From the NCBI GenBank assembly GCA_043814965.1, contig JBDRJN010000017.1, forward strand, positions 6,038-70,037: a DNA stretch of 64,000 nt, read 5' to 3'. Positions 29,249 to 38,900 of this stretch are shown piece by piece (the stretch's first letter is position 1; each line of letters starts with the position of its first letter). This stretch comes from Candidatus Omnitrophota bacterium (lineage in GTDB: Bacteria > Omnitrophota > Gorgyraeia > Gorgyraeales > Gorgyraeaceae). The notes beneath the pieces are model-generated. The model searched no databases. It was not told the DNA's origin and worked only from the letters and a program-made list of their open reading frames with translations. Made by a program: the position numbers and the translations under genes.

Positions 29249-29557
29249 TGGCTCTCTCTTTCGAACGATATACGAAACTATTTCAAGGGTTCCCTTGAAA
29301 TAGCGCCTTAAAGTTTTCAACGAATGGCTCGGCTGTGTGCTGAGGCGCCGCCCACCGCCTCAGCACACAGTGCCTTACTCGCTTGATAAAAGATGAGGTA
29401 GGTAAGGCGCTATCCTGCCTAACTCATACCTAATACGCCGTGGGGCAGGATGCCGAGCCAGCTCAAGCTCCCCGCACAAAAAGCAAATTTTGCCCCCACC
29501 CAAAATTTGCTTTTTGTGATGAAAAGAACATATATTGATTTATTTGGCTTGGGATAT
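29249..29557. repeat. left arm of a long imperfect inverted repeat bracketing the XRE and giant gene cargo; its outer end is a tRNA-3'-end-like sequence (minus strand ...TTCGAAAGAGAGAGCCA)
   Basis: The right arm at 40389-40546 is its reverse complement, apart from a ~150-nt internal insert that is itself a hairpin (GTGTGCTGAGG...CCTCAGCACAC). The arm also contains the perfect palindrome CACAAAAAGCAAATTTTG-CCCCCAC-CCAAAATTTGCTTTTTGTG. Confidence 0.75.
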
Positions 29558-29680
29558 TAGTTTGATTATCAAATAGACTATAGTTATGATTATCCCTGCT
29601 ATAATCCGTTCCAAATAAAACTTAAAATATCTATCCATGCTATAATGATACTTATAGTCATCATAAATGTCAAGATAAAA

Positions 29681-29713
29681 TGCTACTTATAGTATCGTAG
29701 ACAATAAGTAGCA
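29681..29713 (+). promoter_or_regulatory. candidate operator: perfect inverted repeat TGCTACTTAT-N13-ATAAGTAGCA upstream of the XRE gene
   Basis: 10-bp perfect inverted repeat arms; TATAAT-like hexamers lie at about 29620 and 29640. Confidence 0.45.
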
Positions 29714-29733
29714 AAAATGAGATAATTCATAGT

Positions 29734-29943
29734 ATGAAAAGCAATATTCTTAGACAATTTGGGGCTAAAGTTAAAAAACTTAGGAAAGCTAAGGGTTGGT
29801 CTCAAGAAGAACTTGCTGATAGATGCGGTCTTCATAGGACTTATATAGGCAGCATAGAAAGAAGTGAACGAAATGTTAGTTTAATTAACATCGAAAAAAT
29901 TGCAAAAGCGCTAGGTGCACCAGTTGGAAATTTGGTAGCGTAA
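29734..29943 (+). CDS. XRE-family helix-turn-helix transcriptional regulator
   Basis: Cro/C1-type HTH (QEELADRCGLHRTYIGSIERSERNVSLINIEKIAKAL). Confidence 0.8.
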   Translation: MKSNILRQFGAKVKKLRKAKGWSQEELADRCGLHRTYIGSIERSERNVSLINIEKIAKALGAPVGNLVA

Positions 29944-29954
29944 AAAAATTTTCC

Positions 29955-29983
29955 TTGCAAATCCTAACTTTTTTTGGTATAAT
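29955..29983 (+). promoter_or_regulatory. near-consensus promoter directly upstream of the giant gene (TTGCAA-17-TGgTATAAT)
   Basis: TTGCAA at 29955-29960, a 17-nt spacer, and an extended -10 TGGTATAAT at 29975-29983, about 10 nt before the ATG at 29994. Confidence 0.55.
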
Positions 29984-29993
29984 ACGTTAACGA

Positions 29994-32900
29994 TTGAATA
30001 AGAAGTATTTTAACGCAGATGGTGTCATGGGCTATCCAAGACGCCATTTTTTTGTCTACATTATGTCAAAGTTTAAAAAACCATTAATTAGTTTACTAAT
30101 ATCCGCTATATTTATTATTAATAATACAGCATATGCTATAGATCTGCCTGCAAAATCCTGCCTAAGAATCAATCACATGACAGACAAGGAGAATAAGGAT
30201 GAGGAAATAGGGAGGATCAAAGATGTGTATAAAGCGTTAGAGAACAACACAATTGAATCAGAAAAAAATATTCCAAGAGATAATAAAGGTAGATTCTCTG
30301 AAGAGGAAGGTAAAAATGCTATAGATATGGCCATGTTGCTTAGTGAAAGTAAATATGTAAATATACCATTTACAGTTAAAGAATATCATGAGATTTGGAA
30401 AGTAAAATATCCTGATAAGACAATCTCAACCAGTACAATATATAATGATTTAAACAAGGCTATAGAAAAAGGCTTGGTTGTAAAATCAAACAAAAGTTCT
30501 TATTATGAGTTAACCCAAAGAGCTAAGTCCCTTTTTTCTGAAGGATCTGATAATAAAGAGGAAAGATCACAAAGAAATATTCTATACAACGTTTCCGAAG
30601 CCAAGCTTTATACCAAGGCTGAAGATGGAACGCTTCGGAAAAATAAAAAATTTTATTTACCAGGAGAAGATAAAATATTTTTATCTTTAGTAAATAAACC
30701 TTTGAATAAAAAAGAAGACATTCTTGACAGGCAATTTGCCGTTACGTCTTTAATAGATGCGGGCAGTGAAAAAATAGAAGAATTAAAAGACAGCTCTTCT
30801 AGTGTATATCAATGGATAAATACCTATAAATATTTATGGGAAATAGATGAAAATGAAAGATATGGGGCTTTTGGATCAGGCAAATCTGCAAAGAGAAGGA
30901 TAGAGCAGTTTATAGATGAAGGCATAATTAATAAAGATACTTTGTCAGGCGATATTAAAAAAGCAGGAAAATCTGCGATAAAAGACGAAATGTCAAAGAA
31001 AGATGAGGCATTGCTAAAAATTAGGACAATAGATTACTATAAAGAAGAAGCGCAGGAGTTGGTAGATAACATAAGAAAGATTGCTGGCCAGGATGGAAAA
31101 GTCTTAAATGCTTTAGCGGATAATTTGCAGCGTAACATAGACAAGACAAATGCCCCAAGCCTCCTAGGTTTTATTGAATTGGTCGAAAAAAATAAGTGGG
31201 ATGCAATAAGTGATTTAATGCATAATTTAGAAAGCTTGGAATATTCAGTAGAAGAGATCAATGCGTTTTTGACATTTTCTGCCCTAGTTATTAATGATGA
31301 ATATGCAAAAGTAACTTATGATGATACAAAACCAGCTAGCTATAAAAATGGATGGCTATTTATAGAAAAGAAAAAAGCCGAAGAGCATTATTGGAGCGAT
31401 GAAGAAAAAGAGAAAGATCAGGTATTAAACGATAGCCCAGAAGATATACCAGTTGTTGTTTTAACAGGAAGCAATATGTCCGGTAAATCCCATTATCTAA
31501 AGCAGAATTATTTTATACAGCTTTTAGGCCAGTCTTTCGGATATGTCCCGGCTAAAGAGGCAAATTTACGTATATATGACCATATTGCCTATTTGGACAG
31601 GCCCTCTACTGACAGCTATAATGACTTAAGCGCATTTGGCAAAGAAATAGAAAACTGGAAACCTGTCATAAAAGATATATCAAGCAATTCCTTAGTATTT
31701 GTAGATGAAGGGTATTCTACGACTTCTCCTGAGGATCAGGCTAAGTTCTCAAAAGCAACCGCCGAATTTATTAAAGATAATAATGCACATATCATGATGG
31801 CTTCGCATAACGAAGAATTTATTAATACATTAAATGGGGCCGAAGGAACTAAATTTTATCATTTCGAGATAAATGTTGACGGCAATACGGTTGATTTTAC
31901 TAATAGATTGCGTGATGGCCCCGGAGATTCAAGTGCTTTAGATGTAGCAAAAGCACTTGGGCTGCCGCAAAGCATCTTAGACCGTTCCCAGAATTTTCTT
32001 GATGGAAAGATAGAGCCGGTAGAACCAAATCCAAATCACCTACCTAAAAATATTACCAGATACACAGAAGAAGAAAGAGAAGGATTAAAAAAGGAAACAG
32101 GAAATTTCCTTGCATTTTTCCCTTATGAAAATGTATTAGATATTAAGCCTGGTTACGATGGAAAAAATAAGCTGGAATTAAAATATAAGTCTCCTAATAA
32201 GATAGACCATTATGGTTATGGTTTTGGCAGTAATGATAAGCTAAAAGAAATTTATAACTTTGAGCCTATATTCAAACTTTTTAGCCAGGATAGGGATTTC
32301 AGCAATTTTTCCCCGATACTTAGTACAGATCTTGGGAAAATAAAAAACCCTAATTATATAACAAAGATTCAAAGCATATTAAAGCTCGGTTCTTCGAATG
32401 ATTCAAAGGAAATATTAGAGCGTCAAAAGATGTTTTCTGAATTAATATCAAAACCAGAACTTAGAGAATCCATGAGAGAAGATCTTTTGGGTATAGGTAA
32501 TCTAATGTATTCACTTGTGTTTGCAAGACAGTATATAAGTTTCGAAAGCTTTAATTTACAGTTTTTGGAGAGTGCTATACCTGATTTTAGGAATAGGATA
32601 GTTAAAGATGAAAATAAAGATGTATCTATGGATCTATTCCTGGGCATATTGGATATGAACTTAAAATTAACAGGCCTCGCGTATGAAGATATAGGAGTTT
32701 CGGAAGAAATCAAAAAATTGCAAAATTTACTTTCTATAGAATCTGAACTTGCGCAATTGTATGAAGAGGACCACAGGTATTGGATAGAAAATAAAGACAA
32801 TATGTCATCAGAGGGCTATAAGTCACAAGAAAAAGAATTCAAGAATAAAGTCACAGCTCTTGCAAAGAAATTTACTGAAATTACAGGTGAAAAACTCGTA

Positions 32901-35900
32901 AAGGAAGACAAATTTTATGTAACAGATATTAGGGAATCCCTAAAAAAGATATGCAAAGATATAAACGAAAAGGCTCAAGAAAAAATACCACCTGTCTCTC
33001 TTTTTGATGAAAATATCTGGCCTATATTAAGAGAAGAGACAGACAGGCTTTATCCTTTTGTTGATAATGAATTATCGCGCACTGTATTCTCCGCACCGCC
33101 TCATGTCATAGGTTTTTATTATATAAAAGCTTTATTGACAGATGAGAATTTGGTTGAAAAGCTTGTAGGGCAGCTAAAAAGTACGGATTCAGTCCATCTT
33201 CATCAATTTGCTAATTATTTTGATAAGATTTTTAATGTCTGGTTCGGAGAATTTAAGACAGGCATTGATTATTTAAAACATAAGAATGATTTACCAGGGA
33301 AAATAGCTGAAGTTGAAAAAAATATAAAAGAAGAAAAGGCATACCAAAAAAGCCTCATAAAAGGCAGTGAAGAAATAACCAGAATATTACAGGATAATCC
33401 GGATTTCCTGCAAAAAAGAATAGATGATTGCGAGGCGCAAATAAAAAATAAAGAAAAAGATATCGTGAATTATTCGGAGATTGTTGAGAGAAATCCGGGT
33501 GATGGCTATTGGGTTAATTTATTAAAAGAATCTAAGGATGCAAAGTTAAATTTAGAAAAAGAACTCAAAGATCTTCCTTTAGTTCAAAAGGCTGTAAATG
33601 GAGAAATATCTTTTGGCGATAATATAGACCAGGATTATCTTTTTAAACTGGTTCATGATGATTTTGTGGGTAGTAAGATCAGAAACTTATCCAGTAAATT
33701 AAGCATGTTGAAAGGCGAGCTAGATAGTAATCCTTTTGAAAGAAGAAGCGGTTTTGATGAAATACTAAATGAAAGTTTTAAGATGCATGTTTTATTGACT
33801 ATGGCATATTTAATGGATTATCAGGGATGGAAACCCGTTGAATTTACAAACGATCTTACTATAGATATGCAAGATGCCTGGAATCTTGTGAAGACAAAGG
33901 ATGAACAGGTGCCTTTAGATTTTACAATGAACGACAATGAAAAGGTAAAGATCTTTTCAGGGTCTAATATGTCAGGTAAGACCTTTGCTGAAAAGACCCT
34001 TATATGGAATGCTTTGTCAGGGCTAACTACAGGTTATGCTCCTAATGGGGGAATGAAAATGCCAATATTCGACCATGTAGTTTATATTGATAGAGTAACT
34101 GCGCAAATAGATAGAAAACTAAGCAGCTTTGGCCATGAAATAGAATACTGGAAAACATTCCTTAATGCTATAGATGATGATGACCTGGCTTTAGTTATTA
34201 TAGATGAGATGGGTTCAACTACGTCTCCAAAATATCAATCAGCATTATCTTATGCTATGTCAGAAGAGATGCTTGAAAAGGGGCATTTTCTTGTAGTTGC
34301 TTCGCATAATCATGCCTATATTGATGCATTTGAGAATACAAACGATAAATATAGTAATACCTATAATCTACTTACCAGGATAGATGAAGAAGGAAAAGCA
34401 GTGTTTGATTATAAGCTGGTTCCAGGGCATGAACCAAGTAATAGCATTGCGGTAGCAAAGACTATGGGATTTGATAAGATGGTTGGTTATATAGAAGAAG
34501 ATAATAAGGCCGATGAGTTGCTTATCCCAATATTGGCTGAACCGTATATTAATCATGACAAAGCAGTTAAGGATATGGTTAATCCTGGTAATAAGGATTT
34601 TGTAGGCCTATATGGAGGCGCAGGAGCAGACGTATCAAATGTTCTATATTCAACAAATGCTACTAAGGTTTATTTTGTTGATACAAGAAGTGTTTTCCTG
34701 GATAAACTTAAATACTATTGGCAGAATACCAAGCTTTCGCAAGAAGAAGAAAATCTATACAAGGAATATTCTAAGGAAAAATATTTTGCAGGATTCGGAG
34801 ATGTTGGGAAACTTATTGGAGATTTGGAGCTATATTTAACAGGTGAGTTAAAATCAATAGGTGTTACATCTAAAGACATAATAGATATTAATAATGACGA
34901 ATCAGGTAATCTTCGTATTAAATTTAACTGGGCATATGATAAAGATTCTCCTAAGAAAGAACGTGAAATTATCTTTATGCAGGATGATATTACTAAACCT
35001 TCTGACAAATTAATTGAATCAATAAATGGTAAGATAGATTTTTATTACCAAAGGGCAGCGTTGGACATCCCAATGAAATATAATGTTTTTATAAAGAAGA
35101 TAGGGGATTGCATGAAACCAAATGGTTTTATGATAACGGATAATAATTCCCCAAGAGGCGATTTTGGTTTTTACTATATAACACCTAAGCTAACAGATTT
35201 CAAGTTATTAGAAGACTCTAAAGATATGAAGACTAGCGCAAAAGAAATAGAGAACTTAAGGCGTGGGTATATGGGTCCTTATGGCTGGGCAGTTTCTATT
35301 ATGCAGAAGAAAGCAGAAAGCTTGGTTTCCAGCGAACCCACAGAAACTTCCCCTGGTCGCGGAACGGGAACAAATAACCCCACCCAGCCTACGAAAAACA
35401 TCCCTCTTGACAAGAAAGATATAGGCGCAAAGCTTGATGGTATAAAGCCAAAAAATATAAGTTCAATTAATCGAGACGCCAAGTCCGCTGAAGTACTAAA
35501 ATTCCTGGGAGACATAGATTCAGCTCCGAGTGATAAAAAAGCGCAGCTTGTGGTTGATTATATTTTAAACTTAAGCGGAATGGCTTTTAAAACAAAAAGT
35601 TTCCCTGTTTCAAAAGAAAGGCTTGATCAAATAGAAGATAGGCAATCTAAATTTTTAGAACGCTATTCAAAAAAACATGGCCTTTCACCGTCACTCAAAA
35701 AATATATCAACATTCAATATAGATCACTTACAAAGATATCAGAGGATAAATATGCAACGATAGCAAGTATTAATAGGATAGACTATTTTCTAGTGCTCTC
35801 AAAAGATGAATCAGGCATAGAGGATTTTAAACTTATATCCATGGATTCTAAAGATGAAATAAAGAAATATCAAAAAATTGCCAATAACTTTGTGCGAAAA

Positions 35901-38900
35901 ATTCTGCCAGGCGATAAAAATAAGAAGAAAAGAGAAAAAGTCGAGGACGACATTTCGAGTTTCTTTAATGAGATTAAAAGAAAAGCTAATAGAGATGAAG
36001 AATTTGATAGATTCTTCAAAGATACAGACCATCCTGACTTACCATTTAGTTATGCATTAGGCAGCCCTGCATTAAAAGTGCCGGAACTTGAATCAGCCAA
36101 AGAGCCTATCCAGTTGGAGGCTAAAACCGAAGAAAGAAAGTATAAGACTATCGCTGAAATAACTGATGAAGTTTTATTAAAACCAATTGAATCATTGATT
36201 AAAATAGATAAAGATGGCAACCCAAGGGCTTTAACGCAGGATGAGATCCTTTTAGAATATAAAAAAGGAGCGCTTGAAGCACTTAGGACAAAGGAAGGCT
36301 ATGAAGATGAATCTGAATTAAAGCAGTGGATTTCGCTTATATTGAAAGCAATAGAATATAATGATATGGAATTTAATCATATAGAAAAGAAAGAAGGATG
36401 GTTTCTCCTGGATGAAATATCTTTTCCTAAATTAAGAGAAAGCGCCAGAAAAAATATATTAACTGCTGCTACGATCCCAAGAGATGGAAAAACCTGGGTA
36501 TTTATAAAAGAAAATATGAACCTTTATCAGGCTGCATATGCTTTAACAAAACTCTCAGGAGTTGAACAAAAAATGACAATAGTTGGTTTAGGAGAAAAAT
36601 GTACCGAAACATTAAGATCCTCAATAAGAACTGTGATCCAAGAGGCGTATAAAGAAACCAAACCTATTGAGTCCAGCGAAATAAAAGATGAAGAAAAAAA
36701 CCTTGATTTTCATAATAGATTTTTACAAAAGCTCCATTATTCTTATAAAGTAGATCCAGAGTTCAGGAAAGCAATAGATGAACTACGCGAAAAAGTTTTA
36801 AGCCAGATACATCCACAAGAAAGTGAAGCTTTTAGATTTATTACAGATAATGAAATAACCAGCTTTGCTTTGGAATTTGCCGCGCGAATAGGAGAAACCC
36901 CTCTTATAGCTGACCCATATACCAGTTGGGGTATTATAGATAATGAGAAAGACGAGCCCCATTATTTTATAAACTATTCTGAACTTTATGCAAAACATAA
37001 AAAAGCTATTGATAAATACACGCATTATTCACATTACGAATTTATTATTGATGATGGCTCGTGGAGTGGGCTTAAGGTGAAAGGCGGGATGAATTATCTA
37101 TATAATACTCTTCGCAATATTTTTACATACAATGAAATAGTAGATTTTCTTAAAAGTGAAACAAATAAAGGGCTTATCAACCCAATAGTAAAACCCTATG
37201 AAACAGAACAGTTTTTCCTTCCTAATATTGATTTTACAAGGCCAAGCGATGAGGATGCCTTTGATAATATGAATATTGATCAGCTTTTCCAGGCAGTAGA
37301 AAATATGCCTAAAGAAGAATGGGAGAAATATAAAGTCAATATATTAAACCGATATTCCTATCTTGCCCGTAAAGGAGAAATAGAGCCAGTTTTTTTTATG
37401 AAACATATCAGCGCATTAGCAAAAAAAGATGTTGATATTTTACGGGATAAACACGCAAGCTGGGCTAGCGGCCATAAATATTATTTTGATAGGGCTGAAA
37501 TAACAAGGGCAATCATTGAGACTGTTTTAAGGTCTTCTAAATCAAGTTTTTTAAATGATGATTTCCTTTTAGAATATTATTCCCAGGCTGATGAAGTAAA
37601 AGATGACGGTACATTTGTTTACTATGAAACAAAGGATTACAAAAAAACTGACGAACAAATTTCACAAGTAAATGCTATCAATCGTCTTGCCAATGGTTAT
37701 ATGGGTGAAGGCCCTATATCCAGATATCCATTATATGCATTGTCTATGATCATGAATATTTCTCCTGAACGCATAGGCCCAAAAACTATGAATTTATTTG
37801 TTGCTATGGCAGAAGCAGGCAGGGATAGATATAAGCTATATATAGGAGACGATCGTGGCTGGCTAGAAGATAGCTATGGCGTAACCCCTGTTTTTGATAT
37901 ACCAATCAGAGCTTTTGACTATCACCCTGAATATTATTCTAAACTTTTGGTTGAATCTAAAATAACCCCGGATATTTTAACTTTTCTCATCAGGCCGGAG
38001 ACTGCCCCAGGGGATAATATAGGTCTGTTTTCTTCTCTGCGAGAACCAGGAGCAGAAGAAAGGGAATACAAAAGCTTTCTTTCAGGTGAAATAATAAAAG
38101 GTTTGGTTACAGGGAATTCAGTAGAGGGCAATCAACTCAAATTATTAAAAGCTATTATCAATGATTTTTCAGCAGTTGCCAACAATACTATTCTTGAACA
38201 CTGGAGAAAGTTTAGTAAAGATGACTTAAATTCACTTTTAGGGCTTAAAACAAAAGTAGATAGTTCCATACTTGAAAAAATGGAAACCATTTTTAGCAAA
38301 GAAGGATTAGGCAATAGGGTAGTTGCTTTGTTTTTAGCAATGTATCCTGATTTTAATATAGAAACTGCCAAGGATTTGGACAAGCTTTTAAAAGATGACT
38401 CAGTTCAAACTACATTTGGCATATTAAAAGCTATTAAAGATAAATTATGGACAATAGAAGAAATCAGGGCTCTTTATAGGGCTAATCTATGGAGTTTTAC
38501 CTCAGCTAATGTAAGGCATACTAATTTAAAACAAGTGCTTAATTTATCAGAAGAAGATAAGTCAAAGCTTTTCATAGTATTATCGGGTAAAAAATTATTG
38601 CCTCAGAATATTTTCGATATTTATCCTTTAAATATTCCAAAGGATCATGCGCTTTACGATAAATATAGCCATGAATTAAAAACTTACTCAATGAGTTATT
38701 CAAGTTTTACCGGAGCGATGGAAATGGTTGCAGATTCTAAGGAACTAGAAGAAAGCGTTAAAGGTAGAGTTACGCATAGGTCAAGGCTCTTATTTAATGA
38801 CCTTGGAGCTATCTTGAAATTGCCCAGGAAAGACCTGTTGAGAAAAGTTGAACTATTGGAAAAATTCGAGACGAACAAAGTTGAATTAGACAATACTGCT

